64,000 nucleotides of DNA, taken from positions 21,204,001 through 21,268,000 of the forward strand of contig NC_047066.1 of NCBI RefSeq assembly GCF_902459465.1. The letters are read 5' to 3'. Position numbers and translations under genes: made by a program. Source of the DNA: Asterias rubens (Eukaryota). Below are positions 36,201 to 49,000 of the stretch, piece by piece; position 1 is the stretch's first letter, and every line of letters begins with the position of its first letter. The notes under the pieces are model-generated. The model was not told the origin of the DNA and did no database searches. It saw nothing but the letters and a program-made list of their open reading frames with translations.

Positions 36201-38383
36201 ACACATATTTCGTGTCATACTGACCCGGGCTCAACGGGACCCGGATTCGGGTCGATTCTGACCCGTATAAGATCTTATAGTGAAGGAAGCATGCAACAGC
36301 TTATTATACAATCATAACAGGAATAATTATGTCTGCAGTAAGTGCCCCTTAATGAAAACAGTCAGCCTCTTGACTGAAGAGGACTTCCTGTTAAAGTTTG
36401 AATTGGCAAGGTTAACAAACCCTTTAAAGACAGAACCACGTTTTTCACGTGTATAACCAATCTTATATTTAGATTCCTGTGTGTGTTTAAATGCTACAAA
36501 ACAATTGAGCAGGTCTGAAGCTTAACGTAGATACAACATCTTTGGTATAAACTCCAAACAGAGTTTGTACACACTGTTCACAAAGTTGGACATTAGTATA
36601 ATATAAAGACGGTCCAATAGGGAGAAACTCCCTTTGAGTTATGTTTACCCGAAATGCTATAGTTTTGAGAAATGCATAAAATAATTAGTATTAATCTCAA
36701 GAGACGAAAATCAATATTCTAAAACAATAATTACATTGACCTCTTTTCTCACTGTTTCATCGTGAATAAAATGACCGATTGAGCTTTAATTTCTACTTTG
36801 TTGTCTATGTCGGATCACATAACGAGCGGATACTGGTCTCTGACAAGTATCAAAGTTGTTCATGTGCTTTAAAATCAATCAAAAACAAATGGATTGAAGA
36901 ATTTATATACTTTTTGTTTACGATCTATGACGTCGAGTGTGCTTGTTCAAGCACGTTTCTTTGTCATTTTAACTGCATTGTTCAACTGAGCTGTTCATTG
37001 TTCTGTTTTGTTATTTTAGTGTGGATCCTAAATTTGAGAGTTATAAGGACATTTCAGCGAAGGTTAACAGCACTGGGCAAGTGAAGTGGAGTACTCCAGT
37101 TATCCTTAAGTGCACATGCCGTATCGACGCACGTCTCTTCCCATTTGACATCCAAGTCTGCGAGCTGCGATTCAGCCCGTGGGCCTACGACGCGTCTGAG
37201 GTAAACCTCCAGGCGCAAGAGGCCCTCGCTCTCCATGATCAATATCGGGACGACGGCGTCTGGGAACTCCTCAAGATCGAGGTGGTTCGACGAGAGATCA
37301 CGTACGCGTGTTGCCTGGCTCCTTACCCGGAGCTCTCCTACTTCATACACCTGAAGAGGAGACCTCTATTCCACGTGTTGAACATTCTGCTTCCGTGTGT
37401 TCTGCTGTCTATTCTGAACCTGTTGGTGTTTGCATTGCCCCCGGAGTCTGGTGAGAAGATTCAGTTGGGAATGACTAACCTCCTGGCACTGGTGTTGTTT
37501 CAACAGTTGATCACTGATGCATTACCACCCACGTCTGCCGCAGAATCACCGCGAATAGGTAATGCGCAATATCTAATGTAGGCTTTTGAAATATGGATGA
37601 CACAGTAAGTTATACTTGACACCATTGGATTTGGGTAAATCTGTCTGTATCAAACCAAACCAGTGCACTCCTTAAGTGTCCTATAATATCTCGAAAAGGG
37701 CAATTGAGCATTGTCCACTCAGGGTCGGGGGTGGGTCATGCAGTACTTTAACACTAATCTGTGTACTTTGTGTTGTTCAATAATACAGCTAAAAAAGTCC
37801 AATATTATATTCTGCTTTGTATTTAGGTTTCTACTTTACTCCGATGATCATCATTGGCTGCACTTCCGTAATGTGCACCGTGCTTGTACTAAAACTGTTC
37901 TACCATAACGACCGTCGCCCAATCCCGACCTGGCTGCGTAAATTCATCTCCAGAACAGCTCTAATCCTCTTCTACCGACTTCAAAGTCACAGTAAACCAG
38001 GGAGCCGCCATGTTAGTGAGTCAAGGAAACAGTCTGGTACCCGGATCGAAATGAATAGCGATTCTTCGTTGATGGAGAACAGCGAGACTGCTGAAAACAA
38101 GGCCAATGAAACCAACGCAGTCAGGAAACACGTTTGCAGCAACTGCCGGATGAGCACACGGGAGAATGGTCCAACCGGCAACTTGTCAATTAACATACCA
38201 CCGAGAGCTGACAAAACAGGACGAAGAGGGAAGATGAAGACCAGTGAGTTAACTTCAAAGGAGGTGATTTTAGACTGGAAGGATGTAGCGTTGGTTATTG
38301 ACCGGGCCGCTATGGTTCTATCGGCCCTCGTTACAGCATGCGCAATTGGGACCACTGTTGTAATGATCGCTATAGGGGCGTAG
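30246..38383 (+). CDS. CHRNA9/10-like: nAChR-like Cys-loop receptor gene 3, alpha-type, ~488 aa. Exons 30246-30312, 34404-34552, 35131-35175, 35832-35941, 37020-37558, 37827-38383.
   Basis: Signal-like MMVRCASNYTWACLMVLASLFLG followed by G|gtaagt in phase 1; ISGWLTQ; [10 protein letters not shown]; [15 protein letters not shown]; FSPWAYDA; loop C YACCLAPY; M2 [24 protein letters not shown]; exons total 1467 nt in frame. Confidence 0.88.
31605..31690 (-). mobile_element. tRNA-like SINE head (second family)
   Basis: The reverse complement reads GTGGCGTGTCTAGCCGAGC...GTGGGTTCGAGTCCTGGCC, with A/B boxes but no clean cloverleaf. Confidence 0.45.
32113..32493. mobile_element. MITE family A copy, gene 3 intron 1
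   Basis: Family A TIR and internal sequence; degenerate right end. Confidence 0.8.
32954..33058. mobile_element. MITE family A, left-end fragment
   Basis: TTAAAGGCAGTGGACACTATTGGTAATTACTC..., truncated. Confidence 0.7.
33986..34360. mobile_element. MITE family A copy, ending ~43 bp before gene 3 exon 2
   Basis: Family A TIRs and body. Confidence 0.8.
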
Positions 38384-41015
38384 TCAAGCCGTCTAAATTA
38401 TGATAACCTTCTTCGTAGGTTTCTAGCTCAATATCGAGAAAAAATTTCTCATATACACGGGTAAAAATAAAACACACACAATAGGACAAATCTCACAATA
38501 TATTGTCAACAAACATTGTCAATACACTCAACACTAGCAATTTGACTATTGAATCCTTGTCATTTGATTGGTGGATCTGGAACACGCGTCACATATCGTC
38601 CTATGATATCTGGCTTTTTCAGCACTCAGCTTCGCCTCGAAAACTAAAAGTAGTCCAGATTTCACTTCATGTTTTAGCAACAGTACATACATTCATGCAA
38701 GATTGAATACAACATTGCAGCTATCATATATCATACCGTAAATAGTTGATGCACTCTCGCACCCTCTCTCATGTAGAGAAAAGGAAAATCATTTTCTACA
38801 CACAGCAGTGTTGTCCGTACATAAATTCTCACAAGGCTATTATAATAACATCAATTTGGATATAAATGTACATAATGCGAACACAATGTGGTGGTAACCA
38901 ATAGGGACATTTCAATTAGCGTAGCAGACTTTTCTTAATTATTGATGGAACGTCACATCCAAGGTCTACACTCCCGTCAGAGTTGACCCCGATCAGAAAT
39001 GCAAGGGGGCCTGACCAATTTGGGGTCAGGTTTGACCCTGTATATTGGTTTTAAAAAGGGGGAAAAGTAGCTTGGATTCACTGTCATAGTTTAGCCCGAA
39101 TTCCGGATCAAACTGACATAGAAATGGGTCAGGCTCCCTCAGGGATTCGGAACCGGGTCAATTCTGACTCTAAAGGTTTTGGATTGTAATACGTTTATTT
39201 CTTATGTGGTGAATTACTATAGGGTTAAGCTTCCACTTAATATTTATCCACGTGTGACCACTAAACGTATAATAAAATATTTACGTCCTAGTGTCTGTAA
39301 TTCAGTATTAATTTCTTAATTAATTAGAGGGCGCTGCTCTCTGTAGCGATGAACCATTGGCCTTTTGTGTCTCTCGCCTCTAATTTTTGTACCATCTTTG
39401 GGATTTCTTTAATTTATATATTTTTAGTGTGTTCAATAATTAAGTTTTACCTAGTTTCAGCAACATATGGTATGAGGGCTTTTTGTTTGTATTGTTGTTT
39501 TTGTTTGTGTTTTCGTGTGTGTACGTGTTTTTCTTCTTGTAAGGGGGGGGGGGGGGGGAGTTTCCAAGCGAGAACGCCATGAGGATCGGGAGTTGGCCTA
39601 ATCGATTTTTTTCCCAAGAACTTTAAACCCACCCACGTTTAGCGCCATGAGAATCGGGAGTAGTCGATTTTGTTTTTGTCAAGAACTTTAAACGAGGTGA
39701 GTGCGGGTACCGACCAACCTCATCTCTGGTTGCAACATACGTAAACGGACACAAGGAAATGTTAGTCTCCAAAAGTTGTCTTCGTTATATCATTTGCGAC
39801 TAAACTGGTTGATAGACTGTTTGTTTCTAATAAATTCATAAATTCAGGCCAAATATTTTCGCACGAATACTCTCCAACTTTATAAAAAGTTGACTTTCGG
39901 GTAAACGTTTTTACACATTGTACGGGGTTATTATCAAAGTATAATCCTACTTTTTACAAAAACCTCAGAAATTATTGTCGAGCATTACAATTTGTATGAC
40001 TTGATGACTGTTGCAAGATCTAGACTGACCTTAAACTATACACAAACGATGTTCATGTACAACAAAAAGATATACTCTTAATCATGCGACTGCTTTCGTG
40101 GCTATTGACTTTAAGTTAATAATACACAAGATTTAAGAAATAAGAGACGTACAAGCTTTTAACGACGGGAGATGATTTCCCAATCCACAAATGAATGTTC
40201 ACAGAAACCTCCCAAAATAGAATGAACAATAAAGATAAGTCTTATAGATTTAGGTTAATTTGATCAAAAGATGAACATAATCCACGATATTGTGTTCATT
40301 TGTCTCTTATTAGAAAATACATCTGAAACGATCAGGGTTAATGGGAGGTTTCCATCGGGATGGAAGGACAAAAGCAGCAGCACTGGAAGGCTGTGGTAGG
40401 GGCGGGGCCAGTGATTCCAGAGGGGTATATTGAGGTGGAAATAATGTCTATTTCTAGTGGTCAAAGTAGGCCGTTATTATATTTGGATGACATAAGTGAT
40501 CAAATCTAACTATTTTTATCAAGTTTTGTTTGTTAGCAAAATATTACAATCCGAATAACTGGAAAACAGACTTTCCTTCGTATTATGTTCTCAAAACAAT
40601 CACCCAGTTCAAGAAAATACAATCGGGGTTATTACGTCAGGAGGAGGTGTCTAATGCGCATGCGTAGTCATTATCCCATTCCAGTGACTTTGGTTTCGGT
40701 TCTGTGAATAAGTGAGTCTCGATAAAGTCAAAGTAGGCCTACTTACCATTCGCTCGTCCCCAGCGCCTTGCTTTAACCAAAAGTGCTGGGATGGGCAAAC
40801 ATATCATGCACGCACATTGGTTTAATAATGCGCAGTCCCATCATGCATCACACTCACACTGCACCATATTTCTATGCACTGCTTACATGACGTTCTTCCT
40901 GAACAAGAATCTGTGCAAACAATTAGCTCATCCCAGCTTAGCTCATCCCAGCGGTCCTGGATAGACTGACTGCTGGGGCCGAGCGAATACTTCCTATTGC
41001 GTCTTCTGTTAAGTG

Positions 41016-41030
41016 CCGCAAGAGGGCGCA
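41016..41030 (+). promoter_or_regulatory. CTCF-like motif CCGCAAGAGGGCGCA
   Basis: Close match to the bilaterian CTCF core consensus; sequence match only. Confidence 0.4.
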
Positions 41031-43025
41031 ATTTGTTCACGCTAGTTTAACCCATAATATTGCTACTGTAACAGTTTTATTATTTTCAAAAAAGTGACAT
41101 TCGTCAACATGTTATACCCTTCCACTACGATAATGTTAATAAAAACATTCATTGCAACGGAACATTTCCGGGACGTGACATTTGTGCAAGTGAGCAATGA
41201 GGCACTTAACCATAACTAATTTTGTAAAAAGCTTAAAATGTATATGCGTTCTGCTATACATTTCGGGTTCATTTACCCATGCCTACAGCAGTAAAGCCTG
41301 TTGAGGGGGTAACCTAGTCTAATTTCAGCCCCAGGAGAAGTTGGCAATGTTTGGGTCGACACTAAATCAGTTTGATAGCCTTCATCAAGTGGCAATCCGG
41401 ACTCGAGATTTTAGGTGATATTTCATTAAAAAAAAATACAAAAACACTTGTCGACAACCAACATACATATTCATTAAACGGTAAGTAGTAAAATGTAGCA
41501 TTACATGTTTCGACATCGAAGAAACTTCGTATAACCTTATTAAGTATAGGCGCTAAATTTGTTATAGGGATACAGCCAAGCCGTAATAATCTAAACGAAA
41601 ATATTTTTACAGACCCGCCTTTAATTAAAAATCAGAACTTCTGCCGAAGCTGAAATAATTCTACCTGATCCTCCGCTTAATTTATTGTGTATTAGATGGA
41701 TGGAGCTAGCGACATGGCAGATTTATTCGGAAAGTAACTTTCATTTTCAATCAGTAGTTCATCAAATTCAATTATGGAAGTTGTCTCTTCTCAGAGATTT
41801 ATTCGGGGCATTTTTCCATGGCCATCTTAGCGTTGATTATTAATTTACTATTAATTACTTGTAGTAATTAAAAACCTTCACAAGTCAATATTATATAATG
41901 GCCGTGTTTAATGTAACAAAAAAAGTAACGATTGGTTGCATTTAAGTCTTGACTTCATAAGTTGAGTTGAGGTGACGTTCACATTTTCAAATTCAAATCG
42001 TTGAGAGTGGGCAAACCAAAATCCTCATCATTTGCTACAGGAAATAATTTTAAAATAATCGGCTGAAACTAATTTTAAATCCTTGCTCCCCTTAAAAAAA
42101 GAATACAATTCGAAAATTCAAAAATGTCCTAACGCTATGGCGAGACATTATAGATGCACCAACAAAATGCCGATTATTCCTTAGTGGTTGTTGTTCCACG
42201 TGCTCGTTTTTAAAATAACAATAACAATGACAACAATAATGCCTCGACATTGACGCCTGAGGTAAAACTTTAAAAATATTGTGTGCTAAATTTATTTTTT
42301 TAGAGTAATCGTTATTGTATTTTTTTTAACAGATGCTACTGACAGCAAACTATTCTTCTTATTTGAATGTTACCTCTGAACATGAAATAAGCAAAATCAA
42401 CATTGAACAAGAACAAAAAAACTAAAGGAATATTTTGGAGAAAACTGTTAATTTATTTGCAGATTAGACCTCACGTGCGACATTACATGTCACTTTCGGT
42501 ACAGAAAAAATAATAAAAGTTCACAGATTTACAAATAACTTACAGGGTTTACAGAAGGTTGTGGTGAAAGACTTCTCTTGAAATATTAGTCCATGAAATG
42601 CTTTACTTGTTGAGAAAACAGTAAAACAATATCAATTCTCGATAGCGAGAATTACAGATTTATTTTAAACACATGTCATGACACGGCGAAACGTGCGGAT
42701 ACAAGGATGAGTTTTCCCCGTTATTTTCTCCCGACTCCGATGACCGTGTAAAACCAGTGTACATCACAACGCGGGTTAATCACACGAAGCGATAGCAACC
42801 GTGGCTATAGTGGATGCGACTCCCCCTCACATACCTATAATAATTGATTTAATTGTCGGCGAAGCAAGAGTCAACAGAGGCAGGAAAGGAGAGACAGGGA
42901 AGGGGGAGCGATCCAAGGGGGTCTATATAGATGGGAAATTAATCAACAGAGAAAGTCAAGGCTAGCATTAGTGACAACAACCACGAGAACTCTCGACACG
43001 CAGAGAAACTCATTGTTTAGAAACA

Positions 43026-46000
43026 ATGGCTGGACTCGTTGCTGTTTTCATCTTAGTGGTATGCAGTACTCTTCTCACAGGTAACCAATTTTGTTTTCAG
43101 TTTCAAGTTTTGTAATATTTATGTATGAATATTATGCCTGGCTTACTTTCAGATATAATCAACGTAAGATGCAGGGTATTTGAAACGTGGTAAATTTCAT
43201 GACTAATTTATATACATCGAATTGGAGATCATGCTATTAAAGGCAGTGGACACTATTGATAATGGTCAAAGACTAGCCTTCACAGTTGGTGTATCTCAAC
43301 ATATGCATAAAATAACAAACCTGTGAAAATTTGAGCTCAATCGGTCATCGAACTTGCTTGCGAGATAATAATGAAAGAGAAAAACACCCATGACACACGA
43401 AGTTGTGTGCGTTTAGATTGTTGATTTCGAGACCTCAAGTTCTAAATCTGAGGTCACAAAATCAAATTCGTGGAAAATTACTTCTTTCTCGAAAGCTATG
43501 GCACTTCAGAGGGAGCCGTTTCTCACAATGTTTCATACCATCAACCTCTCCCCATTACTCATCACCAAGTAAGGTTATATGCTAATAATTATTTTGAGTA
43601 ATTACCAATAGTGTCCACTGCATTTAAGCCTGGCTTGCTTTCAGATACACTCAACGTAAGATGCAGGGTATTTGAAACACGCGTGGTAAATTTCATGACT
43701 AATTTATTTACATCGAATTGGAGATCATGCTATTAAAAGAGAGAGCATAACAGTTTCCAGTGTTGAGGTTTTCAACAATTTAAACCTTGGTTGAATAAAG
43801 TTGTTTTTTTAAGTGTCATCTATGTATACATTATGTTACAGTAGTGGGGTTATGATATTAAATTAGTTTAAATTAAGTATTCGTTTTTAATTCGGTACAA
43901 ACCGGGTCCACAGTCGCTAGGAGACCGGAATTTTTATTAGGCAGTTATGTGTTTCAAAGCTACCCGCTCAAAAATATTTTCAGCACGTGTAGCCTTGGGA
44001 TGTCTGAGCGTTTTCATGTATTGCATAGACTCTAGAATATACTGGTATACTATGAGTAACAATAGTTTTTTACTCATTAAGTTTTATTTCGTCGTGTGTG
44101 GGGGATAAGGGAATGTGATAATGACATATTGATAAATTGCAAAAGCAATTATTTTGTTATGTGCAAAATTGTCGTATTCCAGTAAAAGCTGTTTGATTAG
44201 TTTTCTGTCACACATAAATCATCACAGTGAGGTTAAATTCTACATGGGTATGGGAGAAGTGGTCTTTGGAATAATAAAGGCAACAATTTTGTTTAATAAC
44301 TTAATGGCCTGCCCTTTTGTAACTGGAAAATGCACTTTGTGTGCCTGGAAGAAAATGCAGCCTTGTCTGTCTATATAAAATCGAAATGTATACCAACAGA
44401 TAGGACTGCCTCTATAGACATTGGGATAAAGCCCAGTGGTGTAGTGGTAGGACATCTTCTATGTAAAGAAGCAATGCAAAGGACGTACATTTTTTTTCCA
44501 CCGGACTCGAGAAGTGTACAGTGCGTTTACACATCAATGTTTAATAGGGTAAATACCAAAAAGTGTAGTCAAAACAACGAACCAAAGCTTTGAATCAATG
44601 TTCACAATAACGAAGAAAAACATAAGTTACTGGTGATTGAGACCTTGTCCTTAAGAACAATAGTACAATAACAACACCACCTGATGCTAAAAAGATGTAG
44701 GTCACTGAATATAGTCCCTATATCTGGTACATAATAACAAATTAAGGCAAAATAACCGAATATGAAATATTACTACTTGGTAACTCTTAAAAGCGTTACA
44801 AATAACTTACTCTGATTTGGTGAAAGCATGCAGCTAGCGGTGCATAGATACAAACTACTCGCATCAACCAAGTGCCGAACTCACTCAGCCCTCTACACAC
44901 GTATGCTGCCTGCCCCACCCGAAATAGCCTATAGCCTTCTTTGCCCACGGTTGAAAAACTAAGAACTAAAGATTGGAAAGAAAGTCTTCCTTTATAACCG
45001 GAGCATGCTGTATGTGAATGATTGAACCAAACAAAGGGCCTCAATGTGTTTTACCAAAGGAATGTTGTCCTATACTGTGATGATTCAATGCGAACTATAA
45101 CAAGTTTGATTTAGAAAAGGAACCCTTGTTCAAAGAAAACAAATGCGTGTCCATTTCCACAAGTGACTGACCTGAACTAACTATCATGGGATGAGGGGAA
45201 AATCAAATGGTCCTTATTGGGATTTGAACCCAAGACCCATGACACTCCGGGCATTGCTCTACCAACTGAGCTGTGCGGTACAGTCGTTTACTCCCTCAGG
45301 TTTTCCTGAAAACTACATTTTTTTCTCTCGGGTTGCATGGATGCGCAAGTGGGCAGAGGAACAAACACAATTACTAGTCCACATTCAACAGGGGATCGGG
45401 AGGGGCTGAAGCCTGGACCAAACCACAGGGTGATTTCTTTTAAACTACAATATACAACAATACTCATTTTGGTTTTTACCCATACACCGATGTCTGTTAG
45501 CACTGTATACTCAGTACTTACCGAGTTCTGTACAAAAAAAAATCACAGGCATATTGCTCGGTGGAATTCGAACCCACGACCTTTGCAATTCTAGAGCAGT
45601 GTCATACCAACAAGACCACCGTATACAACAACTGATAGTACCTTTTCTACAGACCAACTTAACATACCAACATTTTAATAATAGTCTTTTATCATTGTAC
45701 TTCTATAGAGAGCGAATCAAAGATGAGTAATAGATCTGCACTGTTGCAGAATCTTCTGGATGAGTACGGGCCAAGCACAATCAGACCCGTACACAACATC
45801 TCCAATAAGATAACGGTAGAGTTCCGGCTTCTAATCACCCAAGTCATTGAACTGGTAAGATTGTCTTTAATTGCCTCCCCCCCCCCCCCCATTATGGGTA
45901 TATTTACTTGTAAGATTGCCAATTGCCTCTTTATTGGTCATTGAAATGGTAACGATATTTAATTGTCTCTATATGGGTAAATGAACTTGTAAGATTCCTA

Positions 46001-49000
46001 ATTGCCGATATGTTGCCCCCCTCTCCGTTTAGGCCATTCTAAATAGTAATGTAATATTTTACTCCAAATGTTTAACTATGTAACTGTTCATGTAATTCTG
46101 CTGCTGGCAGCGAATATAATAGATTTTAATAAACCATTGAATGAATGTCAGCAGTCACTGATATACTCACTGGAACAATTATTTTCAGTTTTGTAAAGAC
46201 CTTTTGTGAATCTGACACCAACTTGCACAATGCCAATACAAATGTAAAACTGGTTTGTACAGCTAGTAAGAGTAGTCTAATTTTCGTGTTTTTTTTTTTT
46301 TTTTTTTTTTTTTTTTTGGCGAACTCCTTTGCAAAAATGTTTGCTGTGACGTTGCAAGAGGACCTAATTAGACTCTTAATTATTTAGAAGGCTTCCTGTT
46401 TTTATAAGAATAATGGTATCGTAGTTAAGTCTATCAAAAGACGCTTTGTGAATTATTTAAAAGGTAGGAAGAAAACGCATTCAGTTTGTTCGATCGACAG
46501 TAACAGTGCATTACGAGACTAATGGGACAATGCAATATTGCTCAGTAGTCACAGGCAGATGGTGTGGATTTGTTTATTCACATTCGCGTCGTTTGTGCCT
46601 GGCGAATGACGCAGAAAATACACAGTGGTGATTTTTGCGATGCAATTTATGCTGCCAGACTCATAAAGTATTTTTAATTAATAAAGTATACACCGCAAGG
46701 GAAACTGACTAAGTAAATTTTAAATTAAATTGGGGCTGAACAAAGAAATTATGGATAGACGATTGTCTTTTTCTACTGTGCATTCGGGGTAACATCATAA
46801 TGAAATTTATGAAAAAAATGCCAAAACTAAGTTAAAATTTTAGTTAAATTTATGTATAGAATGATAATTTTTCAGAACTCAATCAACAGAACAAAGCATT
46901 CTTTACAAGAAACTCTAATGACCAGAGCTTACCAGCAATTGTACGAATAATTTACGTAATTAATTTGTGCGTGTCAAACCAACTGGTCTTTTAGTTGGTA
47001 AGTAGTTTGCCACAGCTAATACTGTTTTCTCAAAGGAGGTCATTAATTATGTTTTAAATTCTTTTCGCGTAAACTTTCAAGGTTGAAAGGGGAAACAGCT
47101 TTTTAATTTTTTTCTTGTTATTTCCCTAAAAGCATTTCAATATGCCTACTTGGCAAAATCAAGTACTTGACAAAAAACCGGTGTAATCAAATTGAGCGGT
47201 GCACTGTTGTCACAACGTCGATTGACTGTGACTCCTGAGCAAATTTCCCCCCAAACCCACTGTGTGTTAACATCATAGTTTTTTTAAATAACACCAATGA
47301 ATTGTGTTGGCAGAAACTGGTGTTACTTTTACACCTTAATGGGGTGAATTTAGGTTGCCTTTTCGGTTTGTACGAGGTGACATCACATTTGGTGTAAATT
47401 TTAACACCCCAGCTTGGCAGTGTATTATTTATGTAGTAAGCAGTCTCTTGAAACAGCAAATGGAAAATATTTCAACTTCGAGTGCCACTTTCTCCAAACA
47501 ATAGAGTGGCTATATAATTTTAAGTCATCTGCGTACGGTGATACGGAAGCGTATTGCTGCCACATGAATACAAAAAAATCTCTCTTATCGTGTAGGTAAA
47601 GTCATCGTGTAGTACACAATGAGAGAGAAAACAAATATTAAACATGTGGCGGCAATGGGCTTCTGTACGGTGACGAGTATCTTTTCAATGTGCACAAAAT
47701 GTGGGCCATTCTGACGCACTAAACAACCATGACGGTTTTTTAATCTAACTTGAGCTTGTTGTTGGGGGCTGTGTACTTTCCTTATGGGAATTTGCAGCAG
47801 TTTAATTTGCTTTTTCTTATAGTCTTAGGACAATGTCAACATTGACAGGGTCATTTATTACGCATTGCCAAAGGCGGCAGCGTTTTATCGTTGGCTGGTC
47901 ATTAAAATTACCATGGATGGAAGCAATTATTCAATGAAGTAAAAAATCGTGGTCGTGGGTTTAAAAAACAGCAAATATTTACCGTGAGTCCAGTTTTGGT
48001 CTTTATTTCCACCCATCCATTTAATGGACTCCCTATAAACATATACATCGTTCTTTGGGGCACGCTGAGTGTATTTTTTAACTATTTGTTTAATTGTCGC
48101 TGTTTGTTTGTGTGGGTGTGGGTTTTCCCAGTTAAGTTCAACGATGCTGTTTTTTACTTGGCTAAATTTATTATATTCTGCGAAGGATTTATGAATAAAA
48201 CACATCTTGCTATAGATTTATTGTGTTGGTTTTAGTAAAAGTGTATGAGAATTTTTTGAAGGCCTTTTTCTTACGAGAAGTTCACTGACTGTCTTCACAC
48301 ATTGTATTCTCTTTTCCAGAATGAAAAGCATCAGACGATACAGATCAGCGGCTGGCTGAGACAGGTGAGTGTTTTAAAGACACACAAAACATACATTGTT
48401 TAAAGGCAGTGGACACTATTGGTAATTACTCAAAATAATTATTAGCATAACACCTTACTTGGTAACGAGTAATGGGGAGAGGTTGATGGTATAAAACATT
48501 GTTAGAAACGGCTCCCTCTGAAGTGCCATAGTTTTTGAGAAAGAACTAATTTTCCACGAATTTGATTTCGAGACCTCAGATTTAGAACTTGAGGTCTCGA
48601 AATCAAACATCTAAACGCACACAACTTAGTGTGGCAAGGGTGTTTTTGTCTTTCATTATTATCTCGCAAGTTCGATGGCCGATTGAGCTCAAATTTTCAA
48701 AGGTTTGTTATTTTATGCATATGTTGAGATACACCAACTGTGAAGGCTAGTCTTCGACAATTACCAAAAGTGTCCACTGCCTTTAAACCACACCTTATTT
48801 ACTGTGTTTGCAATTGATAACCATTGTCATTAATTACGGTTGTGGTTGATTACGGATGTAGTTAATTACGGTGGATAGTTAATAACGGTTGTAGATGATT
48901 ACAGTAGTAGTTGATTACGGTTGTAGCTGATTACGGTTGTAGTTGATTACGGTTGTAGTTAACTACGGTGGTAGTTAATTACGGTGGTAGTTAATTACGG

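Noticed and set aside
40270-40400. Signal-peptide-like short ORF MNIIHDIVFICLLLENTS... as an orphan receptor exon 1
   Set aside because: There is no phase-1 donor at a suitable position and no matching downstream exons.
45215-45280. tRNA-like segments (also ~7060-7090, ~31605-31690, ~44445-44475)
   Set aside because: They have A/B boxes but no complete cloverleaf or acceptor stem, so they are treated as SINE heads rather than tRNA genes.
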